DNA from: a virus
Direction: 5' to 3' (one strand)
Length of the DNA: 64,000 nucleotides
IMG/VR virus record: IMGVR_UViG_3300009499_000008
Location: 1 to 64,000 of that record
In this document: positions 9,746 through 19,007 of the stretch, in pieces
Numbering within the stretch: position 1 is the stretch's first letter
Layout of the letters: each line of letters begins with the position of its first letter
Notes under the pieces: generated by a model
Told to the model about the DNA's origin: nothing
What the model saw: only the letters and a program-made list of their open reading frames with translations
Database searches by the model: none
Program-made: the position numbers and the translations under genes

Positions 9746-10275
9746 ATTTTGGTTTTGTTGCTTGATTGAAGTTTGGACGTGCTATAATTCATTGCGAGGC
9801 AAACGTGAATATACTTTAGTAGTCCTGGGAGGCTTTGAGCGGAGAGGACCCATAATGCGTCAACACAATAATACGTCAAGCTCACTGGCCTCGCTCACCG
9901 ACCCACCACCTCACCGAATGCAACGAATGCAACGAATCTTGCACTACCACTGACATAATCCTATTCAACCCCACCTAACAGCCTCCCACGTCGATTCTAC
10001 GCTCAAATTGCAAGGAATCCTGCACAAATTGACCACAACGAATCATAATAGACAGTAAACCGCCACAAACGATAGCAATGTCATAGCTATATGCCTATCC
10101 CTATACCGACTCAAACAGTTGACATAATACCGTACTCTGGTCTACACTTGATTGTAGTCTGTTATAGTATTCTACTTGACGTAACGACGCCGATGCCATG
10201 TCTACGACTACTTCTGTATCTACAATGTATAACTTTTATTGACGCAATCTTTACGCAGAATTTACGGATAGACCA

Positions 10276-10304
10276 TTGTCATATGCCGATAACTATGATA
10301 TACT
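10276..10304 (+). promoter_or_regulatory. Rightward early promoter
   Basis: TTGTCA-17 nt-TATACT with TG extension, just ahead of the first rightward gene. Confidence 0.7.
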
Positions 10305-10341
10305 GGGAGTGTAGAATCAACAGACATACGAGGAGGCTATC

Positions 10342-10539
10342 ATGGACACAGTAACACCGATGCAACTACTCGCACGAGCACACTCGGAAGAGCATCGCAA
10401 CCTCATCGAAGCCTGCTACAAGTCTTTCGCACACTACACTTGCGCAGGCTGCATTGATTATGGTCAATGCCCAATGCGACACCGAGACAGCGCAATGCTG
10501 GCTGAGCTTGCCAAGTCACTATCCCGACTCGGGAAGTGA
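10342..10539 (+). CDS. Small Cys-rich protein, paralog 1
   Basis: GAGGAGG RBS; ACYKSFA..C.GC.DY..CPMRH shared with the next gene. Confidence 0.8.
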   Translation: MDTVTPMQLLARAHSEEHRNLIEACYKSFAHYTCAGCIDYGQCPMRHRDSAMLAELAKSLSRLGK

Positions 10540-10566
10540 AATCAACAGACACACGAGGAGAGTATC

Positions 10567-10761
10567 ATGGACACGTCGGCAACACCGATGCAACTACTCG
10601 CACGAGCACACCGAGACGCGATCAAAGCCTGCTACAAAAGCTTTGCACCCTGGTCATGCCCAGGATGCGAGGACTATGCCGAATGCCCGATGCGCCACGT
10701 AGACCGCGCATGGCTTGAGACACTGGCTATGCTCAGAAGAGGGGAGGCTACAAATGGCTAG
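10567..10761 (+). CDS. Small Cys-rich protein, paralog 2
   Basis: Tandem duplicate of 10342-10539, including the upstream leader. Confidence 0.8.
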   Translation: MDTSATPMQLLARAHRDAIKACYKSFAPWSCPGCEDYAECPMRHVDRAWLETLAMLRRGEATNG

Positions 10762-13700
10762 ACCAAAGCAAGGAACTCGACTATTGCGTTTGATCGGCAT
10801 TCTCGAAGCGAAAGTGCAGGCGAAAGCCTATCACGACAACTCAGACCTGCTACTCGAAGCTTTAGGCACACAACAGTACCACGCTGGGAAAGACCTAACA
10901 GCTATGGACTGGGCTAGAATTCGAGGCTATGCTCACGAGGCGATAACAGATGCGAAGGCATTGATCGCGGAGTGGGCAAAGCGCGATGCCGAAGCAAAGC
11001 ACCCTTTGAGCGCAGGCCATTAAAGAGGAGGCCACAAAGTGAATGCGCAAGAGGCCAAGAGCTTCAATGGCTATAGTATGACGAATGCCATGATACTCAC
11101 CGGTGCTGCTGCCAAACGTGGCTGCCAATGCAAACCATACGAAGACTGGTTTACCTACAAACGCTGGCAAGCGCAAGGCTGCCAAGTGAAACGTGGCGAG
11201 CATGGAGTGAGATTGTCCACGTTTGTCACAATGACCAAAACAGACGAGGAGGGTAACAAAGAGATTATCGGCAGACGACCCTGGACAAGTGTTGTGTTTT
11301 GTCGATGTCAAGTAGAGGAGGCCACAAAGTGAGACGCAAACACTATCACGTTTTGGTAGGATTGCCAGGATGTATGCCAGATAGCAATGACGTATGCCAA
11401 ACGCAGGCAGAAGCCCAAGACTGCGCGCAGTGGTGGGCCCAGCAATATCGGGAAGACTGGAATCCTGATACCGACAAAAGTTACTACAAAGTGCTAGGCA
11501 ACAAACGTATGGGCTATGCAGTCATTCGACGCAATCAGTCAGACTATGCTATGCCGATCCTGATCAGCATCAATGACTGCCATGAGGAGGAGTGCTTTTG
11601 TGACCTATCTGGTGAATTGATCAGTGACTGGTTAGGTACTGGGCAGGCATAGAGGAGGCCAAAACAGAATATCCGAGGCCACGCCAGCCTCGGAGCCAGC
11701 CTAGAAGATCGCTTCTGGGCTGACGCGGAGGCTGGGATACCATAAGGGAGGCATCATGGGCAAACTCTATCACCTACGTATGGGCAAGCAATGTCTCGGG
11801 CTACAGTGTGATGTCGTGGAGGTGTTTGAAACTCCAGGCCAAAGGGGGCGCATCACGTTTCGACGGTGCGGCGGGGAAGCCTGGTATAGCCACGATCTGC
11901 CAAGCGGCGGAACGCAGCGCCTATGTGCCCGTCATGCTGGAGATCATCCCATCGAGGAGGGCTCATAATGAGAATGGTCTACATTCCTAGTTATGAGAAG
12001 TGGGTGACTTTGGGTCAATACCTCAAGGCGGTGAAACGCGCCAAGGCAAACCCGAAGGCAACTTTTCCACGAGGGCTCACCACTTGGTGGCCGACGACAG
12101 GGGCGGAGATTATGCGACAATTTATGCGGGGTCTGCATGACCGCATCAATCAGGCAATCCCGTATGCAAAACGTGGTCAATTGACATAAGGGCCAACCAT
12201 TGGGCAAAAGGAGGGCAACATGACGAAGACGGCGGAAACACTTAAGGCGATGCTCGTGGAAAATACGGGCACTCACATGCTCGATTCTGGCGGGGCGTAT
12301 GGGCGGAGTTGGCAGCAAAACAAGGGGCGCGACTTTGCCGCAGAGCCAGCGGCCACGATCACTGTAGAGGAGGGATATATTGACATAAGGCGTTCGACGT
12401 TTCACTTTCTCAACGAATGCCTCGAATTCGACGAAACTTTGAACGCCCGATTTTTGGCGTTCAACAAAAAGCGAGACCCTGGAGATCAAATCCCCTGGCT
12501 GACGCAGATGGAAGAATTCGCCGATAGCATCGAAGCGTCGGGCATCTACGGCGAAGGCGCTCCAGTGACGGTAAACACCTACAATCATGACAGCCTCCTC
12601 GACCAAGTGATACAATACGTCTACTTTGAGATCGACGAACAAGGTTACGTATTATTGCAGGTTCATGGAGGCTGTGATGTCCGAGGGGGATACACTGCGC
12701 CGAAGGCGTTTCGGTGCAACATCGAGGATTCTCAATCGATCTTCAGCGATGGCGACGCGACCATAACCTGTAAAGGCGGGGATCACAGGTGGTATGTCCA
12801 GGAGGGTGACTGGGACACCGATCACCAAGATGACGCCGAGACACGCGGACTCGACAAATTCCCGATCATTGCGGAAGAGATCAAATATCACAAAGTCCAT
12901 GAAGACGGCAAAATCGCCAAAGGCGCTCCATTCGGTGTGATCTGGCAAGACGCACAGGGGGTTCATTGCCCACTTTGCGGTGAGATATTGGAGGTATGGT
13001 AAAATGGCACAAAGAGTGATCCCATGCCGTTGTCCATCTTGCAAGGCGATATCACCATTCGTGACCGCAGAGGAAAGTAACGGGGAGTGGCGATTTGCGC
13101 TGATACTTTCCTGCCCAAAGTGCAGAGCAATATTCTCAATAACAGAAGTCCTAGCCAACAGAGTAGATCAAGAAGAAGAGGAGGCGTAAAATGCCACGCA
13201 ACGTGAGGAACTTCTGGATCGAGGCAAAGGTGGACGGGCGCAAAACGCCTATAGCGTTCGGGCCACAGGGCAAGGATGGTGGGTTTGAATTGACGGTACA
13301 CATGCGTAACAAGGGCGAAGTTGAACGCGTCTTGACCATGAGTGGATGGGTAGCATCGAATGGGATGCTCTGCCTATCTGCGAGGACGGGGGATCTGGCA
13401 TTAATTGCAAACATCGAACGCAAACGATAAAGGAGGCCAAAAATGTTTTGGTTATGTTACGAAGAGTATCGAAACGGGAGATTATCTCGGAGTTGGGTAG
13501 TCGAGGCAGACAAGTCTCCAGACGCGGAAGACAAAAACGGAGAGCGTCCGTATCCGTTCAACGGAATGGGTGGCCATATAGCGGCCTCCTATGACACGGA
13601 AGAAGAAGCCTACGAAGACCAAGAAACTATGTGGAAGATAGAGGAGGGTACGTATGCAGCAGTATAAGGTCTACGTCGTGGGCCATATCTGGTGGCCTAA

Positions 13701-14139
13701 TGGGTTTCACAGTGGGGGGTACGAATTCGACGCCGAAGACGACGAAAGCGCCATAAGGCGAATCGACACAGTTGCTGGCGACTTTTCAGTGGTCACAGAC
13801 TTTGCCCTTTTCAGGTGCGAAAGTTGCCCGACGTGTGGCTGCCTGACGATCTGGCATTGTATCCACGAATTCGAGGAAGAGGGCGCTGCTGTATTTTCAG
13901 AGTGTATGGCGTAAAGGAGGGCTGAGATGGGCTGGGAATTAATAGCACTTTCAGAGGTACGCAGTGCGCGTAGATACGCTAACAAGTTGCGGGACAGCAC
14001 CAAGAACTTACAATACAGCTTGGGTAGTTTGGGGGGCTTTGACGATGAACGCACATCGCTAGAAGAGGGTATCACAGCGCTCGAGGACATAATCAAAGAC
14101 CTGTTCGAGCTTGAGGGGGGACTTTCGCGTACAAAATAA
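10754..14139 (+). other. Early array of small hypothetical genes (10754-11023, 11329-11652, 11756-11968, 11968-12189, 12220-13002, 13004-13189, 13191-13430, 13443-13667, 13654-13914, 13927-14139)
   Basis: Closely packed ORFs, most with GGAGG RBS; several CxxC zinc-ribbon motifs. Confidence 0.75.
11039..11332 (+). CDS. Stand-alone ArdC N-terminal-like ssDNA-binding domain (possible anti-restriction)
   Basis: YSMTN...WFTYKRWQAQGCQVKRGEHG...VF...QV matches the ArdC-N/DUF1738 pattern. Confidence 0.8.
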   Translation: MNAQEAKSFNGYSMTNAMILTGAAAKRGCQCKPYEDWFTYKRWQAQGCQVKRGEHGVRLSTFVTMTKTDEEGNKEIIGRRPWTSVVFCRCQVEEATK

Positions 14140-14770
14140 ATACTGGCTTGAAGAACAAAGAAACACCATGAACGACAAAAAAGACTACTTTACCGATTAT
14201 ATAGATGACCCATATGTGTCCCAGACGGCCAATAAGAACCACACAAGGCAGCAAAGCCAAGTCATTGACTACCTTGACCCTCAAGGACAGGAAACCACAG
14301 GGCTAAACTATGCTCTATAGCAACGTTTTCGACGTTTTCGACGCTTTTTAACACAGGAAATAGCCCTTAGTATCAATTCCGTACCTGTCAAGTATTTTAA
14401 GAGAAAATCATAGAGAGTGATCTAACGTTTTTATAAAATTAACCTTTAAAAGTCGTCTATCCCGCGAACTTTTGTCCAAAAAGTATACTAAGGGCCATTT
14501 CCCGCAATCTACTTGACCATAACGTATACTTAGTTATCACTCTTTTACCACCCTGTGCAGTCCTTATGCCGAAAGGTCGAAAACGCCATCAAACTCAACT
14601 CTTTTCATCGGTTATTTGCATATTCCAAAGTCCTGTACAGTTTTTACCTGTCATCCTCTCGTTATGTAAACATATCAAAATTAGCCGTTTTCATCAGTCG
14701 TTTACGATATTCTACACCCTGTGCCGTCGTTATGGGTAAAGGTACACAACCGCAAACCAACACACAAAAC
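14140..14770. other. Non-coding region with inverted repeats around an AT-rich core; candidate replication origin
   Basis: 14356-14373 and 14485-14502 are inverted repeats (17/18 match); CGTTTTCGAC twice at 14324-14342 with an inverted copy at 14576-14585. Confidence 0.45.
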
Positions 14771-14776
14771 CCAGAT

Positions 14777-14805
14777 TTGACAAATCATAGCTATTGTGCT
14801 ACAGT
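14777..14805 (+). promoter_or_regulatory. Sigma70-type promoter
   Basis: TTGACA-aatcatagctattgtgc-TACAGT. Confidence 0.8.
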
Positions 14806-14814
14806 CTGCATATG

Positions 14815-14938
14815 ACGTGGGCGGTATGGGGAATAGTGCCCATTAGAAAAAGAGCGAACATACCTGCGGTGGGGACGCTCTCCGCATAATGTGAGAATTA
14901 ATAAGATCGCCTGTCGGTGAGAATCCGGCCCCACGCTA
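14815..14938 (+). ncRNA. tRNA-like RNA with enlarged central arm
   Basis: Terminal stem CGTGGG/CCCACG; T-arm-like GTCGG-TGAGAAT-CCGGC directly before the 3' strand; D-arm-like GGTAT-GGGGAATA-GTGCC; starts about 10 nt after the promoter. Confidence 0.55.
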
Positions 14939-17900
14939 GACCTGGACAAGCAAGGAGGAAAGTGAGATGGCCAAGTTTGCACACACCGAAGTACGAACCC
15001 CCCTCTATGACAGGTCTTGGGACAGCCTTGAGGATGTAGTCTCTACATTGGCACACATAATCCAGGAGCTTCGACTTGAGCGCCAAAAGGCTGATCTCAT
15101 CGTCATAGAGATAGAATGGGAGAAGGACGCTAGGGATGATGAGGCTTTTATGGCGTTTATGGAACGCTACACCCCTGAGCAGTTCTGGCTGCGTTTTGAG
15201 CGGAGATAAGCCCGTGGCGCGGGTGACGGTATCAGCAATGACCGCAAGGCGCGTCTACTAGCCTCACCACGCCCGCGCCAGCAAGAGGAGGACACAAGTG
15301 GAGATCATTCTATGCCCACAGGACAGGTGGTTTCGCCGCAATTTGCGAGAGCTTCGCAAGGCGAAACTGAGCTATGATCCGGCACAAGTGAAGCCCAAGT
15401 TTTTGGTCGTACACCGTGGAGACCAAGCCTTTGTTGGTGACTTTGCCACTGTGTTTCTTGACGCGGAAGGTGCGCCAAATGAGTTTCAGTACCACTGGAA
15501 GCACAATGGCATTCAGTGTTGCTTGCTCTCTGAGATCAATGAAGTGCGGGTGTTTTTCTAGACCCTGCGCCAGCAAGAGGAGCCAGCGGGCGAGAAGGAG
15601 GCGTGATGGACTATCGCAAGCTGACAAAGTGCCTGATTGCACAGATCCGAGAATTGCAGGGCCAGATGTCTGATCTTCAGGACGAACTCGACGAGGCTTA
15701 TGATTCTATGGAGACAGTAGGCTCCTATCACGAGGCCCAAAACAGAAGGCTACACGCAGAACTCAGCCAGGCGGAGTGTGAGACGCTGCGTGAGCGCAAC
15801 AGGAACTCCAGTCGGCAGTTTGAGCGCGACCACGTATTGCGTGACCTGGAAACAGCCCGCCGAAGGGGAGATGAATGGGGACATCGGCGTGCCATGAACC
15901 GACTCAGAGACCTTTAGCGAGTAGAAGGAGGCGTGATGCCGAAGACCTGTAGAACGTGCGGGTTCGCTGCTTTGGCCAGAGAGTGTAACCTGCGCCATAT
16001 CTGGGTCGGTGATACGGAACTCTGTGGAGATCACAAGCCGCGCGAGAAGCCGCTGCTGGTGGACGCGCTTGCTACCACAGCCGAACTTTTGCTAGAGAAG
16101 ATGGATAATATCGGAGACGGGATGCTATTCAACCTGGACATCCTGGAAGCAAGAGACACCTTGCGGAAATCCCTGGCCCGTTACAAGGAGGAGGTGGGCG
16201 ATGACGAAGAAACTGAGTGAGAGACTTCCTATGCAACTATCTTGTGAGGAAGGCTGGAAGATGGATGTCGTGGATTTGGCAAATTGGCTCAAGGAACTGG
16301 CCCAACAAGTAGAGGCCCTGGAGCCAGAGGACACCGATGCGACCATCCGCAAGTTGCGCGTAGAGAGGCTTGATTTGCGTGTAGAACGTGATGACATAGA
16401 CCAAAAATGTTCGGAAGTGGAGCATGAGCTTACTGAGGCCAAGAAGGAGTTGGAGTCCTATACCGATTCCGTCAACGCCGACGCCGAGATCGGGCGACTG
16501 GTGCGGGGGATGCGACCAGGAGCAAGCTTATACCGCGATCCCAATCGCCTGTCTGTTCTTTGTTGGTGGGGCCTCCATTCCCACCCCTATATCTGCCAAA
16601 AGACGGACGACCCCACTGAGGCCCTGCAAGCACTACAGGAGGTGGGTGATGGCGAACTGCCATAACTGTGCTTGGCACGAGCATTTGAGGGATCACTGCG
16701 AACTAGAATCGGGCTATCCAAACAGGTGCGATGCATTCAGACGAAAGGGGCCGCCACTCTGGCAATGCATTCTCTGCGTCGCTGCAATCTTGGGCATCTA
16801 CGTGCTTCTGCTCTGGATGGAGAACGCGCCCGCCGAGGACTTGCGCTTCGTCTTGCTCGCAGTGCCATGTGCGTTGGTGGCCGGATTGTGGGTACGTCGA
16901 GTGAGGAGGGAGAGATGAAGTGTCAGGATTGGGTGATACTCGCTTCCGTGGTAGCGTTTGTGCTAGGCATACTCGCTAGCTTTGGGTTTCGGCAGATTGC
17001 CGCAAGACTAATCAGGTGGTGGTTTTTCGAATAGGAGGATGAGATGAGCGAGGAACAAGCGTGGAGACGGCAACTCAAAGGCGTTCGGGCATTTGTGGAG
17101 ACATTGAAAGAGCCAGAAGCTGAGGAAAGAGAGACCATTGCGGGTAAGTTCGCCGAGGCCCTGGGTTGCCTGGAGGATGCGGCCTGCTATCTTCGGGACA
17201 TCGACAAACAGTATGACGTAATCTATCCCGATGATGAGTGTGAGTATCCTGAGTTGAAGTTCTGGTTCGCTCTTGATGGCGTCATCAAGCCCTTGGAGGC
17301 CCTCCAGAAGGGGCTAATGGCCGTCGAGCCGCTTGTGCCCAAGGAGGAAACAGTATGAAACGCCCTATCTGTGTCAAATGCCAAACAGAGTTCCGAAATA
17401 TCAAGAGTGGAATTGCGGTGATCGATATGTTTTCAGACCCCCCAGAGCCATATCAAGTATGGTTGGCTGACTTATTCGAGTGTCCGACTTGCAAGACACA
17501 GATTGTAAGCGGATTTGGGGATAGACTATTGGTACGCCATCACGATGTTGACTTCAAACAACATCTCCGGTTTCTACGAGAAAGATTTGAGGTACGCAAT
17601 TATGAACACCCAGAGGATGCCAACCCTGTGCCAACGACAAAGAACGAAGCCCTCCAACGGTTGGTAGAAGCCATAGGTCGTCACGAACCAATGGCAAACG
17701 ATCCTGCCATCATCGACGCCATCAATGCCATTGAGGACATCCTATGTAAAAGGAGCGAATAACATGCCAATCTATCGTTTTGTTGAATCAGGCGTTTTCT
17801 CTGTCTTAGTTGAGGTAGAGGCTTCTAACGAAGAAGAGGCCCTCGAACTCATCGAAGACGGTGAGGGCAAGGAAGTAGAATCGCTGGAGTATTATGGTGT

Positions 17901-18547
17901 TGAATTTGAACTTGTGGAAGTCATATAAGGAGGAGACGTGACTAAGAAAATGATGAATGCAGCGGCGACTCAGGCACTAGCTGACGTAAACACAAGTAAG
18001 ATGCGTATTCAGGCATTTCAATTTGTTACCCACAAGATGGAACTGGGCACGCGCACGGCGCATTTGAGAAATGCGATTGATACCATCTATCTTGAGCTAC
18101 AACGACAATTGAATGACGCCCATAGCCGACTGCTCCTGTGGGGGGCAATGTTAGACGGACAAACGAAACATATAGCGCGAAGGCTGGCCTACAAACGCTT
18201 CCTGCGTGAAGGTATGGCCATCATGCAATACTTGGAGCCAGATGCTGCCTCGCCGTTTCGATATTCCGTTGCCAACTATGAGGAATTTCGGGCCGAGTTA
18301 GATACACTCAAGGCCGAGATCGCAGCCGAAGATAGCGAGGAGGGGACGGGGTGGTAACAAACAAGCCCAAGCAAGGTCTCGACGCGGCTGGCTTCCTGCT
18401 GCTGGCTGAAGGGCATTTGGTGAAAGCCAGAGAGGACTTAAGGAAGAATTGGTCGCTGAGTAAGGTTTCCGTAATTGGCTTGATAGGAGTAGCTATTACG
18501 GCCATTAGCATTAGCCTGAAGCTGTTGATGCAAGAGAAGGAGGAGCT

Positions 18548-18724
18548 ATGCAAGCTATAGAGGAGCTGTGCGAGGCTTTGAGCCACTTGGCATATGCAAG
18601 AGAAAATCTGGCAAATACACCGAAGACCCGAAGAATCGCTTGGGCATGCCTGCAAAGCCGCTTCGCCGATAGTTCTATCAGGCGCGCCCTGAAGCTACTC
18701 AAGGAGGAAAACGAGAGGCCATGA
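18548..18724 (+). CDS. 58-aa helical protein, paralog of 18834-19007 and 18351-18560 (missing from the ORF track)
   Basis: MQAIEELCEALSHLAYARENL aligns with MQAIKELEKALEHLVKAHELL; GGAGGAG RBS. Confidence 0.75.
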   Translation: MQAIEELCEALSHLAYARENLANTPKTRRIAWACLQSRFADSSIRRALKLLKEENERP

Positions 18725-18846
18725 CACTCGATTGGTTTTGTCTGCATTGTCTTCATCGCTTCACACATCAGTTTACGCGATGTCCAAATTGCGGCTGGTT
18801 GGCAGTTATAATCTATTCACCAGAGGAGGAGCCATGCAAGCTATAA
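18721..18846 (+). CDS. 41-aa zinc-ribbon protein (missing from the ORF track)
   Basis: WFCLHC...RCPNCG; ATGA overlap with the previous gene. Confidence 0.6.
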   Translation: MTLDWFCLHCLHRFTHQFTRCPNCGWLAVIIYSPEEEPCKL

Positions 18847-19007
18847 AGGAGCTGGAGAAGGCCCTGGAGCACTTGGTGAAAGCCCACGAGTTGCTGTCTG
18901 AACAGACACCCAAGTCTGGTGAGGAAGCGCCTGAATATAAAACAGGATGGGCCATCCATTGGACTAAACATGCGATAAGAAAACTCAAATGGCAAGAAAA
19001 GAAGTAA
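18834..19007 (+). CDS. 57-aa helical protein (start corrected from 18732)
   Basis: GGAGGAG RBS before ATG 18834; paralogous to 18548-18724. Confidence 0.75.
   Translation: MQAIKELEKALEHLVKAHELLSEQTPKSGEEAPEYKTGWAIHWTKHAIRKLKWQEKK

Noticed and set aside
9505-9747. 27-bp direct repeat as a mini CRISPR array
   Set aside because: Only two copies, 189 bp between them, and the repeat is a promoter core; no cas operon.
9446-9953. Track ORFs 9446-9652(-), 9495-9953(+) and 9551-9769(+)
   Set aside because: No RBS and they run across the promoter repeats; the 49-aa ORF 9526-9675 explains the region better.
11944-13301. Long antisense ORFs (11944-12642, 12652-13158) and similar shadows at 20373-20951, 25865-26395 and 26693-27259
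   Set aside because: They lie opposite well-supported genes, lack RBSs and show no recognisable motifs.
14815-14938. Canonical tRNA or tmRNA
   Set aside because: No 7-nt anticodon loop, non-standard T-loop, no CCA, and too short for tmRNA with no tag ORF; kept only as tRNA-like.
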